Notes: a model not told the origin generated them from the sequence alone. A stretch of 64,000 nt of DNA from a bacterium (GCA_024275165.1 JAJRZQ010000036.1:16293-80292), one strand, 5' to 3'. Counted from the stretch's first letter, positions 46,899 to 56,462 are shown. Numbers and translations: made by a program.

Positions 46899-48995
46899 CT
46901 ACTCGTCTTTGGCCAGTTTATCCCTGCGAGCGGCAATCACCTCTTCTTGCACATTGCGGGGGCAAGCGGCATAAGATTCAAATTCCATGGAGAAGGTCGC
47001 CTTGCCTTGGGTCGCGCTACGCAAACTCGTAGAATAACCAAACATTTCCGACAGGGGAACCGAGGCGTTGATGACGGTCATGTCTTCTCGTACTTCAGAG
47101 CCGGCGATAATCCCCCGACGGCTGGAAAGGTCGCCGATGACAGCGCCCTGAAACTCAGCCGGGGTTTCGACCTCGACTTTCATCATCGGTTCTAAGAGTT
47201 GGGGCCCCGCTTGGGCAATGGCCTGCTTCATCGCCTGACGAGAACAGATGCGAAAGGCCATGTCGGAAGAATCCACATCGTGGTATTTCCCGTCATTTAA
47301 ATTGATCTTAATGCCCACCATGGGAAAAGCCCCCAAGGGCCCCTTGTTCATCACATCTTTAAAACCCATCTCGCAGGCGTTGATAAATTCGCTCGGGATG
47401 TTGCCGCCCTTGACCTTATTGTTGAATTCAAAGGTGGGGCTCCCTTCGGTTTCATACTCTAAAGGCTCGATGCTGCCGATAACACAAGCGTATTGGCCCG
47501 AACCCCCGGTTTGTTTTTTATGGGTGTAGTCGAACTTGGATTGACGAGTGATCGCCTCGCGGTAGTTGACCTGAGGGGCGCCGACCTCGACTGGAACCTT
47601 GTATTCTCGTTGCATCCGTTCGATATAAATCTCGAGGTGCAATTCCCCCATACCTGAGATAATCGTCTCCCCCGATTCTTCCGCGGTTTTGACATGAAAG
47701 GTAGGGTCTTCTTTAATAAAGCGGCTTAAGGCTTTGGAAAAACGGGTGGTGGCCGCGGCGTCGGTACAGGTCACCGCCAAGCTGATCACGGGAATGGGAA
47801 CAAAAATTTTCTCTAAGGAGACATTGATCGACTCTTCGCAGAAGGTATCCCCGGAAGCGCAATCCACCCCGATCATGGCGATGATATCCCCTGCTTCGGC
47901 TTTATCAATGTTTTCCCGGTCATTGGCATGCATCCGCACAAGCCGCCCCACACGGAGCTTTTTGCCTGTACGGGAGTTGTAAATGGTGGTCCCCTTTTCT
48001 AAAACCCCTTGATAGATACGGGTATAGGTCAACTGACCAAATTGCTCATCCGTAATTTTAAAGGCCATACAGACTAAGGGCTTTTTGGCATTGGCCTCAA
48101 TCAATACTTCTTCACCGGTTTCCACCTGCGTGGCCCGGGCAGGGGCCGCCTGGGTGGGACTGGGCAAGTACTGTAAAACCGCGTCTAAAAGAGGCTGCAC
48201 CGCTTTGTTTTTAAAAGCGCTACCCATATAAACCGGAACCAGTTTAAGGCTATTGACCCCGTTCCAAACCGCGCGGTGAATAGCCTCTGTACTGATTTCC
48301 TTTTCTTCCAACAGGTCTTCCATCAATTGATCATCAAACATGGAAAGGGCATCGAGCATCTCTTGGCGCTTTTCAGCGGCCTGCTCTTTCATGTCTGCTG
48401 GAATTTCTTTCACAATGACCTCGTCACCTCGCTCGCCATCGTTATAATAGGCTTGCATGGCAACCAAATCGACCACCCCTTCAAACCCATCTTCTTGACC
48501 AATGGGAAGTTGCATGGGGACGGCGTTCAAGTTGAGTTTTTCTTTTAAATCCCGAACCCCTTTCCAGGGATCGGCACCCATGCGATCCATTTTATTGATG
48601 AAGCACAGGCGAGGCACGCGGTAGCGCTTCATCTGGCGGTCCACCGTAATGGACTGGCTTTGGACCCCGGCAACGGCGCACAAGATGATGATGGCCCCAT
48701 CTAAAACACGCAGACTGCGTTCAACCTCTACGGTAAAATCAACATGGCCTGGAGTGTCGATAATGTTGACTTTATGATCTTTCCAATAAACGGTGGTAGA
48801 GGCGGAGGTAATGGTAATGCCTTTTTCCTTCTCTAGTTCCATGTGGTCCATGGTCGCACCAGAGCCGCCACCGCGGACTTCTTCGATTTTATGGATCTTG
48901 CCGGCGTAATAGAGGATGCGTTCGGTTAAGGTTGTCTTTCCGCTGTCGATATGCGCGGAAATACCGATATTACGAGTTAAATCAATCTCTTTCAT
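46899..48995 (-). CDS. fusA: Elongation factor G (standalone copy, EF-G2-like paralog, not in an rpsL-rpsG-fusA-tuf context)
   Basis: The sequence contains [22 protein letters not shown] and [20 protein letters not shown] (canonical EF-G has [20 protein letters not shown]). The length of 698 aa and the domain IV and V patterns fit EF-G. Confidence 0.85.
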   Translation of the reverse strand: MKEIDLTRNIGISAHIDSGKTTLTERILYYAGKIHKIEEVRGGGSGATMDHMELEKEKGITITSASTTVYWKDHKVNIIDTPGHVDFTVEVERSLRVLDGAIIILCAVAGVQSQSITVDRQMKRYRVPRLCFINKMDRMGADPWKGVRDLKEKLNLNAVPMQLPIGQEDGFEGVVDLVAMQAYYNDGERGDEVIVKEIPADMKEQAAEKRQEMLDALSMFDDQLMEDLLEEKEISTEAIHRAVWNGVNSLKLVPVYMGSAFKNKAVQPLLDAVLQYLPSPTQAAPARATQVETGEEVLIEANAKKPLVCMAFKITDEQFGQLTYTRIYQGVLEKGTTIYNSRTGKKLRVGRLVRMHANDRENIDKAEAGDIIAMIGVDCASGDTFCEESINVSLEKIFVPIPVISLAVTCTDAAATTRFSKALSRFIKEDPTFHVKTAEESGETIISGMGELHLEIYIERMQREYKVPVEVGAPQVNYREAITRQSKFDYTHKKQTGGSGQYACVIGSIEPLEYETEGSPTFEFNNKVKGGNIPSEFINACEMGFKDVMNKGPLGAFPMVGIKINLNDGKYHDVDSSDMAFRICSRQAMKQAIAQAGPQLLEPMMKVEVETPAEFQGAVIGDLSSRRGIIAGSEVREDMTVINASVPLSEMFGYSTSLRSATQGKATFSMEFESYAACPRNVQEEVIAARRDKLAKDE

Positions 48996-49099
48996 CGTTA
49001 GGAGTTTCCTATTAGTCCAGGTAATTGGCGGGGCGTGCCCATGGGTGAAAATTAGCCATTATAGGTAGGGAGCCAGGAGTTGTCTATCCTTTTTTACAA

Positions 49100-49894
49100 T
49101 CAAGCGGGCAGAATGCGCAAAGGAGCGGTGGTAGCGAGTTTCCCCAATTTTTTCATCTCTTCCATAAAGCGCAGCAACCCCTGTTGAAAAAAATCATCCA
49201 AGCCGTAATGCAGGTTTTGCAAATAGGCCAAACAATCCGACTCCCTTAAAAAAGCTTGGCCATAATGCTTAGCGGCCATCTCCGAAAATAAAGAACGGGC
49301 AAGAGCCTTCGATTCCAAAAGCCCGCGGTGAATGAGGTGTACCTCTGCGGCGTGGGATTGGTACACCTCTTCGCGCACCACCCACAAGGCAAAAACAAAA
49401 GGCAGGCCGGTTTGCCGCTGCCACAATTCACCTAAGTCGTACACAAAGGCATCCTGTTGGCTGTAAAACCTTCGTATGGCTTCATCGGCGATGAGCAAAA
49501 AGGCCCGGGTCGGGCTTTCTGTGTGGAAGCGATATTGAGGGCGTAAATCTTTTAAAAGATACTGCACCAAATTGACACTGGTTAAGGAATGGGCGGTGAG
49601 CCCGATCTCTTGTCCGGCCAATGCCTCTAAAGGGACTTGACTAAAAAGATAGATGGAGCGCACCGGGCCAAAACAACTGACCCCCAAATCGGGCAAGATA
49701 CGGTATTGCTCTGGGTTTTGCAGGTATTCAAAGGAGCTGACGACACTCAGGTCCAAGAAACCCTGATTGAGTTTCTCATTAAGCTCTGTTACTCTACCCT
49801 CGATCAACTCGCATTGAAGCTTCACCTTCCCTTCTAGAATCCCAAAGTGAATCGGCAAGGTATTTAAAACTTTCATCACTCCGAGTCGAAGCAT
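49100..49894 (-). CDS. MqnA/MqnD-family protein of the futalosine menaquinone pathway (probable chorismate dehydratase MqnA)
   Basis: The N-terminal motif LRLGVMKVLNTLPIHFGILEG matches the MqnA consensus (RiGxIxYLNtxPLxyGL). Length is about 264 aa. Assignment by motif recollection only. Confidence 0.55.
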   Translation of the reverse strand: MLRLGVMKVLNTLPIHFGILEGKVKLQCELIEGRVTELNEKLNQGFLDLSVVSSFEYLQNPEQYRILPDLGVSCFGPVRSIYLFSQVPLEALAGQEIGLTAHSLTSVNLVQYLLKDLRPQYRFHTESPTRAFLLIADEAIRRFYSQQDAFVYDLGELWQRQTGLPFVFALWVVREEVYQSHAAEVHLIHRGLLESKALARSLFSEMAAKHYGQAFLRESDCLAYLQNLHYGLDDFFQQGLLRFMEEMKKLGKLATTAPLRILPA

Positions 49895-49918
49895 TTTTTC
49901 TCCTTCAAAAAACCATCC

Positions 49919-51232
49919 ATGCCACGAATCTTCAATAAGATCAAACTGGGCTTACTCCTCACCGGCACCGAAGTCATGACGGGGGATATCCTCGATTCCA
50001 ATTCCAGCTTTATCGCAAAGGAATTTTTAGGGGTCGGGTTACGCATCCAGGTAAAGGTCGCGGTGCCCGATGAAAAAGGCCAAATCTCTCAAGAAATTAT
50101 AAACTTAACCCAATCGCTCGACCTGCTGATCGTCAATGGCGGGCTCGGGGCGACTTTAGACGATGTCACCGCGGCAGCGGCAGCGGATGCTTGCGGAGTC
50201 GAACTGGCCGCCCATCCCATTGCGGTAGCGCACATTGAACAACGCACGGGAATCAAAAAAGAAGTTGCCCAAAGCCTACAGTTTAAGCAGGCCTTGATGC
50301 CGGTCGGGGCCGAACCCATAGATAACCCCGTGGGCACGGCCTTGGGGTTTTACTTGCTCTTGCATGGCTGCCATTGCTATTTTACCCCCGGGGTGCCCTT
50401 GGAGATGAAAGCGATGGTGACAGGCCCGATCATGCGACAGGTCATGGAGGATTTTGCCTTAAAAAAACCAGTGGAGATCCTGCGGTTTTTTGTTTTGGGC
50501 TTAGGGGAGAGCCGAATTCAGCAGATCATTCAAGGGCAGGTGCCCGCAGAAACCTTAGAGCGAATTTTTTTGGGTTTTCGGGTAGAAGCCCCCATGGTGG
50601 AGGCGAAACTCACCTGTTTTGAGCAAGAGGATTTAAGCTTACTGCATGAAACCGCGGCAGTGGTACAAAGCTTACTCTCCGATTACATCGTGAGCAAGGC
50701 CGACCCCTTGCCCGCCCGCGTCAATCAACTCCTGCGGGCTCAAGGGCAATCTCTCGCCCTGGCCGAATCCTGCACCGGCGGCTTGATCGGAAGCTATATC
50801 ACCAGTGTGGCGGGGGCCTCGGATGTATTGGAGGCGGGCTTTGTCACCTATTCCTATCAAAGCAAAACCAAACTTTTAGGGGTACCGGCAGACCTTTTGG
50901 CCGATTCCGGCGCGGTCTGCAAAGAGGTCGTGCTGGCAATGGCCCAGGGCGCCTTGACCCAAAGCTCTGCCCATTGGGCGCTGGCGGTCAGCGGGATCGC
51001 CGGCCCCGGAGGGGGCACACCGGAAAAGCCCATCGGCACGGTTTTTATTGCCTGGGGGAATAAAGAAAAAATCATCACCCGTAAATTATGGATTCGGCGA
51101 GAGCGCACCCAGTTTCAGCATTACACGGCCATGGCCGCCTTAGACCTGCTACGCCGCCAGTTGCAGGGCTTGCCGACCGACAAACCCTATTATTTCGACA
51201 GCCTGACCAATCACCTACTGTCCATGGGGTAG
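49919..51232 (+). CDS. cinA: Competence/damage-inducible protein CinA (MoCF-biosynthesis domain plus CinA C-terminal domain)
   Basis: The N-terminus LGLLLTGTEVMTGDILDSNSSFIAKEF and the C-terminal domain LALAESCTGGLIGSYITSVAGASDVL...GAVCKEVVLAMAQGA are both present. Confidence 0.85.
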   Translation: MPRIFNKIKLGLLLTGTEVMTGDILDSNSSFIAKEFLGVGLRIQVKVAVPDEKGQISQEIINLTQSLDLLIVNGGLGATLDDVTAAAAADACGVELAAHPIAVAHIEQRTGIKKEVAQSLQFKQALMPVGAEPIDNPVGTALGFYLLLHGCHCYFTPGVPLEMKAMVTGPIMRQVMEDFALKKPVEILRFFVLGLGESRIQQIIQGQVPAETLERIFLGFRVEAPMVEAKLTCFEQEDLSLLHETAAVVQSLLSDYIVSKADPLPARVNQLLRAQGQSLALAESCTGGLIGSYITSVAGASDVLEAGFVTYSYQSKTKLLGVPADLLADSGAVCKEVVLAMAQGALTQSSAHWALAVSGIAGPGGGTPEKPIGTVFIAWGNKEKIITRKLWIRRERTQFQHYTAMAALDLLRRQLQGLPTDKPYYFDSLTNHLLSMG

Positions 51233-51375
51233 GGTTTCGTTTCCCCCCTTGTTTGCCTTTCCCTGCCCAAAGAAACCATCAGGATAGAAAAGCGCTTGAC
51301 GAAAAGAAAAAAATAAAGAAAAAATTAAGGATTCAAGATTTACCGCTGGTTAGCGGAAGAAAAACCAAAGGAACT

Positions 51376-51585
51376 ATGGAAATCAGAATCGTCAACAATC
51401 AGGTTGAACGGGGAATGCGCGAATTAAAACGCCTGCTCATTCGCGAAGGGCTCTTTAAAGAACTAAAAAAACGCCGTTACTACGCTAAGCCAAGCGTGAA
51501 AACAAAACTAAAACGCGAAGAAGCGGAAAAAACCCGCCATAAAGACCGCAAACGAGCCGTTGCCCGAGCTAAAAACTTTTTGTAG
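51376..51585 (+). CDS. rpsU: 30S ribosomal protein S21
   Basis: MEIRIVNNQVERGMRELKRLLIREGLFKELKKRRYYAKPSVKTKLKREEAEKTRHKDRKRA matches the S21 consensus (MP.V.V.ENE..D.ALRRFKR...K.G.L.E.R.R.FYEKPT..RKR). ATG at 51376. The track ORF's upstream extension overlaps cinA and is spurious. Confidence 0.85.
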   Translation: MEIRIVNNQVERGMRELKRLLIREGLFKELKKRRYYAKPSVKTKLKREEAEKTRHKDRKRAVARAKNFL

Positions 51586-51685
51586 GCTGCTCTGCCTTTA
51601 AAAATTGCCTTTTTGTGGATTCCTTTTAATCCGCCGAATCCATAAAGCTTACCCTGCCCTGTCATGGGGCAGAAGCAATAAAAAA

Positions 51686-51719
51686 CCCCGAATGCCTTGC
51701 GCTAACGGGTTTTTTTTTG
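51686..51719 (+). terminator. Probable terminator after rpsU (weak stem CCCG..CGGG followed by T9)
   Basis: A T9 run at 51711-51719 is preceded by a GC-containing stem. A second hairpin, CTGCCC-TGTCATG-GGGCAG, sits at 51654-51672. Confidence 0.4.
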
Positions 51720-51720
51720 C

Positions 51721-52482
51721 CTAGACCCCCAAACCCCTAAGCTTGAACTCCGCCGCCATGGCTTGGGCCTTGGACATTTCCTTTTCCGTGAAATCTCGCG
51801 CCCGCGCCCGCCCCTGCCATACATCAGCAAATGCCCCTTCCAAGGCTTGGGTGAGCAAGGACAAGGCAAAGGAGTAACCCGCCTCGCTCAAACCGGTAAA
51901 GCGTTCCCCATCCGCATTCGGCCACAGGGCTAGCCATAAATCAAGGTCGCGCTTGAGTAAAATAGCGCCATGCTGTAAAAGCCGCTTCCCCTGCCGCCGT
52001 TGCGCTGAGCCGATAAGCTTTTTCCCCTCCAACAACAGCTCATAGGCGGAGGGTTCTAAAAAGCAGTGGCTCCCCCGGGGTTTGAATTTTTTGTATTCCC
52101 CTGAGGTCACCGCGACTCCTAGAGAGGTCAGAGCCTTGCTGAGCGGTCTGGACAAAAAACGGTAGGACTCCAAAACCCCCTGGGGTAAAGGCGGAATCGA
52201 GCCGACAAAGCTGTAGGTTAGTTCGTGCTGGTGCAATACCGCTTGGCCCCCCGTATCTCTCCTCACCAAGGCGCAAGCCTTTAAGGCCTCTTGGTTTAAG
52301 TCGTGAAAGTCCTTTTGGTTGCGCCCTAAGGATAAGGTCGGCTGAGACCAACCATAAAGACGAAACACGCTCTCTGTTCCTTGCAGCAACAAGCGGTCGA
52401 GGGCCATGTTCAAGGCAGGCTCATAGACCCCATAGGGGATCAAGCGAATTTGACCCAAATTATTAATCCAGCTAGCATCCAT
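51721..52482 (-). CDS. Lipoate-protein ligase / octanoyltransferase family protein (BPL_LplA_LipB domain)
   Basis: RRDTGGQAVLHQHELTYSFV and KKLIGSAQRRQGKRLLQHGAILL are the hallmark motifs of the LplA/LipB/LipM family. It is divergent from lipA. Confidence 0.7.
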   Translation of the reverse strand: MDASWINNLGQIRLIPYGVYEPALNMALDRLLLQGTESVFRLYGWSQPTLSLGRNQKDFHDLNQEALKACALVRRDTGGQAVLHQHELTYSFVGSIPPLPQGVLESYRFLSRPLSKALTSLGVAVTSGEYKKFKPRGSHCFLEPSAYELLLEGKKLIGSAQRRQGKRLLQHGAILLKRDLDLWLALWPNADGERFTGLSEAGYSFALSLLTQALEGAFADVWQGRARARDFTEKEMSKAQAMAAEFKLRGLGV

Positions 52483-52506
52483 GAATCCATCTCACCTGAA
52501 ACAACC

Positions 52507-53403
52507 ATGATGCGCAAGCCCCAGAGATTACCCAAACCCCCTTGGCTGAAGGTGCGACTCCCCCAAGGAAAAGGTTGGCAAACACTTGCGGGCCTAACCC
52601 AAAGCCTCGCCTTGCCCACGGTTTGCGAGGAAGCGAAATGCCCCAACCTCGGTGAATGTTGGGGGGGAGGAACCGCGACCTTCATGCTTTTAGGCGAGGT
52701 CTGCACCCGCGCCTGCCGATTTTGCTCTGTGCAGACCCAGGGGCGGCCCCCCTTACCCGATCCAACAGAACCGGCAAGACTGGCAGAAAGCTTAACAAGC
52801 TTAAACCTGAACTATCTGGTTTTAACCTCGGTGGATCGAGACGACCTGCCCGATCAAGGGGCGGCGCACCTTCTCGCTTGCGTGGCCGCCGCTCAAGCGC
52901 AGGACCCCACCTTAAAAATCGAACTGCTCATGCCCGATTTTCGAGGGGATCCAAAGATCGTCGAAAAAATGACCGGATTAGGGGTCGCGGTTTTAGGGCA
53001 CAATATAGAATGTGTGCGCTCAAAAAGCGTGACCGTGCGCGACCCCCGCTGTGGCTATGAGCAATCCTTAGAGGTCTTAAAAAAAATTAAAAGCGTCAAC
53101 AGGGACCAAAAGACCAAATCCGGTTTCATGTTGGGTTTTGGAGAGGAAAAAGAAGAAATCTTAGAGACCTTCGCCGACCTACGAGAGGCAGGAGTGGATT
53201 TTTTAACCCTCGGTCAATACTTGCAGCCACAAAAGACCAAACTCCCGGTGAGCCGTTATTGGAGCCCCGAGGAATTTGAGGAATTAAAGCTTGAGGCAAT
53301 GAGCTTTGGTTTCAGCTATGTCGCTGCCGGCCCTCTGGTGCGCAGCAGTTACAAGGCCTTTGAGCAATGGATGCTGGGGCAGGCCCATGAGCGGACGATT
53401 TAA
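52507..53403 (+). CDS. lipA: Lipoyl synthase
   Basis: The two cluster motifs are CEEAKCPNLGECW and ATFMLLGEVCTRACRFC, with a radical-SAM CxxxCxxC. ATG at 52507 (MMRKPQRLPKPPWLKV). Confidence 0.9.
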   Translation: MMRKPQRLPKPPWLKVRLPQGKGWQTLAGLTQSLALPTVCEEAKCPNLGECWGGGTATFMLLGEVCTRACRFCSVQTQGRPPLPDPTEPARLAESLTSLNLNYLVLTSVDRDDLPDQGAAHLLACVAAAQAQDPTLKIELLMPDFRGDPKIVEKMTGLGVAVLGHNIECVRSKSVTVRDPRCGYEQSLEVLKKIKSVNRDQKTKSGFMLGFGEEKEEILETFADLREAGVDFLTLGQYLQPQKTKLPVSRYWSPEEFEELKLEAMSFGFSYVAAGPLVRSSYKAFEQWMLGQAHERTI

Positions 53404-54103
53404 AACCATACAAGCCCGCTTGGGCAAGGCCTTTCCCTTACCCGGTTGGTGCTTTGGCTGCCAAACTTTTTTGCCCCGAGCGACTCCTCCCTGGCTCTGC
53501 CGAAACTGCATCCAAAAACTGCCCCATTGGCAGGAGGGGATTTGTCTAGCCTGCGGCCATGTTCATCATTTAAGCGACTGTCAAGAAGATTGGACCTTGG
53601 TATTGGATCATTTCCACGCGGTGTTTGCTTATGTAGACCCGATTCGCGAATGGCTCTCTCGCTTTAAGTATGGGGGGAATTTAAACGGGGGGCGCATTTT
53701 AAAGGCTCTGCTCGCGAATTACTTCAACCAACACCCCCAATTGCTTGAATCTGTGGATTTAATTCTACCCGTGCCCAGTCACCCTAAAAAATTAGTCCAG
53801 CGGGGGCTGAATGTCCCGGCCTATTTGCTGGATCTACCCGGGCTCAGCCCAACCAACGGGGCCGCGAAAAAAATAAAGGAAACCTCTTCCCAAGCGGGGC
53901 TGCATTCTAAAGAACGGCAGCGAAACCTAAGCCGCGCTTTTGCGGCAAACCCCGCGGAAGTCGAGGGGAAAAGCGTGCTGCTTTTTGACGATGTCTGCAC
54001 CACCGGGGCAACCTTAGAAGAATTGGCCCTGACTTTAAAAAGAACGGGGGCAAACTCGGTGGGGGCTTGGGTTTTAGCTCGAGCGGTCAAGGGAGGGGCC
54101 TAG
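53387..54103 (+). CDS. comF: ComF-family protein (phosphoribosyltransferase domain with N-terminal zinc-ribbon)
   Basis: Cys pairs CFGCQ...CRNC...CLACG are followed by the PRTase motif VLLFDDVCTTGATLEELA. It overlaps the lipA stop by 17 nt. Confidence 0.7.
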   Translation: MSGRFKTIQARLGKAFPLPGWCFGCQTFLPRATPPWLCRNCIQKLPHWQEGICLACGHVHHLSDCQEDWTLVLDHFHAVFAYVDPIREWLSRFKYGGNLNGGRILKALLANYFNQHPQLLESVDLILPVPSHPKKLVQRGLNVPAYLLDLPGLSPTNGAAKKIKETSSQAGLHSKERQRNLSRAFAANPAEVEGKSVLLFDDVCTTGATLEELALTLKRTGANSVGAWVLARAVKGGA

Positions 54104-54138
54104 GCCGCTCACAGCCCCCTCCGCTGAGTTCCGCTCAG

Positions 54139-54349
54139 GGAAACTCTGAAAAACGCGGAGGTTCCCCGCAAGGCAGGGATGCCTTGCCAAATCAAAAAGC
54201 GGTACTTATTGATTCGCGTTGGGATTGTGGATTTCATTCCCAGCAGAAAAGACGGGAAAACTTGACGCGTCCCAAGGGCTATAATCAGCCCGAAGGGCAC
54301 GAACCTACCGCTTGAACAAGCGGTAGGCAAGGAGTTTTTCAGAGGGTCC
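54139..54349 (-). repeat. MITE-like element copy B (about 211 bp) with TIRs GGAAACTCTGAAAAACGCGGAGG...GGAGTTTTTCAGAGGGTCC
   Basis: The reverse complement aligns over about 200 bp with 7769-7978 and includes the internal hairpin CCTACCGCTTGAACAAGCGGTAGG. It ends exactly at the stop codon of the cytochrome gene. Confidence 0.75.
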
Positions 54350-55527
54350 TAAGGTACTAAGGAAACTTTTTTTTCCCAAAGGAGATATTCATTGGCGATG
54401 GATTGGTCCAAGGCAGCCTGAATCCACTTCCGGCCCTCTTTGAGGCTCGGGTTTCGCAAACTGGCCAGATAAAATTGGCGGTAAAACTCATCGGGTTTCA
54501 CCGTCAATTGAACTCGCAACCATTGGGCTGAACCGGCTTTGCCTGCCCGATATTCTATCTCTCGGCTCTGTTTTGGCATCAACCGGGTGTCATAAAGTTC
54601 TTGGCTTAAATCCAGAGTTACTTTTCTCCCAATATAAGCGAATTGCCGGGTCGCCTCCAAGGGCTGCCCCGCTTGATCTAACTGGACAAACTCCAATTGA
54701 AGCAAAGGAGTCACATAGGTAGGGAGCGCATGACCCGCCCCTTGATTGGTTAAGATCAGGTTCGCGACGACCTCACCTTGTTCCTGACTGGATCCCTGCC
54801 ACTGGACCGCCAAGCCCGCCTTGACCATATCCGGGTCATGGATACCCCTCCATAAATGTCTGCGCCCCGGCATGTGACAGTTTTGGCAGGTTATCCCATT
54901 TTCAGCGTAGTCGCTGGCTTTCCACTCCTCATAGGTGTTTTCCAACAGCTTTTTATTGAGTTGGTAGCCCTCTGCATCAAATTGATGGCAAGTAACGCAA
55001 AAATTGGGATTCTCAAATTCTGGACGAATCTCATAGCCTGCATGAGCTTTGGAGGATCGGGTCGCTGTTTTGGTTTGCGGCGGCCCGAAAATTTTCCATT
55101 GGCGCAGATGGCAAGAGGCGCAGACCAACCCCTGTTGATGGAGACCCGGCGAGGCAAGCCCCTGCTCGGCCCCTTGGATTTGCTCGGCCAAGGGCGCGTG
55201 GCAATGCATGCATTGCCTCTGCTCCCCCTGACCCGGAGAGTCAAGGTACTGCCCTAAGAGCCCCGGCCCCATCGCCGCGGCGTGCCGGCTCCCCTGCCAA
55301 TCCACAAATTGACTCCCATGACAGGCCCCACAGCTTTGAGGGGACAGATCCATTTGGGCAAAGGCCTGCCCTGGAGGTTTTTCCCCTTGAGGGGCTAAAG
55401 GCCGCTGCCAATGCGCTTTCAGCCAGGCCTTTTGCTGGGGGTTGTCGTAAAAAGGGGCCTTTTTCTCACAAGAACTCAGGAGCAAGCCCAGCAACAAAAG
55501 AGGAAAAAATACTGTAACCCGATTCAT
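54349..55527 (-). CDS. Pentaheme c-type cytochrome (secreted/lipoprotein)
   Basis: The signal is MNRVTVFFPLLLLGLLLSSCEK (ATG at 55525-55527). There are five CxxCH motifs: CGACH, CMHCH, CASCH, CVTCH, CQNCH. Confidence 0.8.
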   Translation of the reverse strand: MNRVTVFFPLLLLGLLLSSCEKKAPFYDNPQQKAWLKAHWQRPLAPQGEKPPGQAFAQMDLSPQSCGACHGSQFVDWQGSRHAAAMGPGLLGQYLDSPGQGEQRQCMHCHAPLAEQIQGAEQGLASPGLHQQGLVCASCHLRQWKIFGPPQTKTATRSSKAHAGYEIRPEFENPNFCVTCHQFDAEGYQLNKKLLENTYEEWKASDYAENGITCQNCHMPGRRHLWRGIHDPDMVKAGLAVQWQGSSQEQGEVVANLILTNQGAGHALPTYVTPLLQLEFVQLDQAGQPLEATRQFAYIGRKVTLDLSQELYDTRLMPKQSREIEYRAGKAGSAQWLRVQLTVKPDEFYRQFYLASLRNPSLKEGRKWIQAALDQSIANEYLLWEKKVSLVP

Positions 55528-55591
55528 AAAGAATGCGATGGGGGAGGCTTCAGCCTCCCCCATGAAGGTGATGGATACAAGAACCCCAAAA

Positions 55592-56197
55592 CTACATCGC
55601 GCAGGGGTTGCCCTTCATGTGTTGTTTCATCTCCATTCCGCAGGGATTTTTCATCGCGCAGGGGTTGCCCTTCATGTGTTGTTTCATCTCCATCCCGCAG
55701 GGGTTTTTCATCGCGCAGGGGTTGCCCTTCATGTGTTGTTTCATCTCCATCCCGCAGGGATTTGCCGCGCCACGGGGCATGGTCTTGGCCATGTGATCGT
55801 AATAGGCGACCATAGCCTGCATTTTTGGCCCATCAACAGCAATCGCCTTCCCCTTCAAGGGAGTCGTAATGCAATAGTTGATCATCTCAGGTAGGGTGAC
55901 CTCTTTGTTCGGCATCTTCACAAAATGGGGAAAGGCAAGGTCTAACTTCAACAAGGCCCCACCAGCATGACAAGAGGTACAGGAGCGATCATTCATCCCT
56001 AAGCTTGTGTCACTCCAAAGAGCTTTTCCCTTTCCCTCTAAACTACAAGGGTTTAAGGCCGCCGCGCTACAGGGGTTTTCCATTTTTTGGCTCGGAGCCT
56101 TCGCTGTTGTAGTTTTCACCTTTTCTGCGGGTTTATCACAACCAACAAGAAATAAAGAAGCCGCAAGGAATAAAAGCAAAACAAAGTTAATTCTCAT
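55592..56197 (-). CDS. Mono-haem c-type cytochrome lipoprotein with a C-terminal triple tandem repeat NPCGMEMKQHMKGNPCAMK (Cys/Met/His-rich)
   Basis: The lipobox is MRINFVLLLFLAASLFLVGCDK. There is a single CTSCHAGG haem site. Three exact 19-aa repeats are encoded by the 57-bp tandem DNA repeats at 55601-55771. Confidence 0.7.
   Translation of the reverse strand: MRINFVLLLFLAASLFLVGCDKPAEKVKTTTAKAPSQKMENPCSAAALNPCSLEGKGKALWSDTSLGMNDRSCTSCHAGGALLKLDLAFPHFVKMPNKEVTLPEMINYCITTPLKGKAIAVDGPKMQAMVAYYDHMAKTMPRGAANPCGMEMKQHMKGNPCAMKNPCGMEMKQHMKGNPCAMKNPCGMEMKQHMKGNPCAM
55601..55771. repeat. 3 x 57-bp near-perfect tandem repeat (coding, within the cytochrome lipoprotein gene)
   Basis: Units at 55601-55657, 55658-55714 and 55715-55771 differ by one or two substitutions, and the last unit diverges over its final 10 nt. 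Confidence 0.85.
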
Positions 56198-56462
56198 CGG
56201 GAAACTCCAATTTTAGGGTTTTAAAATTTATTATAAAAATAAAGCAAAAAAATGTCTATATTCTTACCCTTATTTTTCCCTAAGGCATTCGGAAAAATTT
56301 TTAGAAAGGTTACATTATTATTTGCGGCGTTTACTCCAAAAATACCAGAAAAGCCCAATGGCAAGGGCAATCCCCAGCACAATCAAGACTTCCGACAAAC
56401 TATTGGCCTGTTGGTGCTTTCTAAAAGCCTTGGCCGTACCCAAAGGGGAATAGGCTAAAAGT

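Noticed and set aside
46575-47195. 206-aa plus-strand ORF spanning the IS3 relic, the terminator and the 3' end of the EF-G gene
   Set aside because: It crosses a strong intrinsic terminator and overlaps EF-G on the opposite strand. It is an artefact of stop-codon-poor sequence.
51088-51375. Upstream 96-aa extension of the S21 ORF
   Set aside because: The extension overlaps the 3' end of cinA in another frame and has no S21 similarity. The conserved S21 sequence begins at ATG 51376.
55411-55894. Plus-strand ORFs encoding RRGCPSCVVSSP repeats
   Set aside because: These are the reverse-strand and alternate-frame readouts of the 57-bp tandem repeat within the minus-strand cytochrome lipoprotein gene, which has a lipobox, a haem motif and coherent context.
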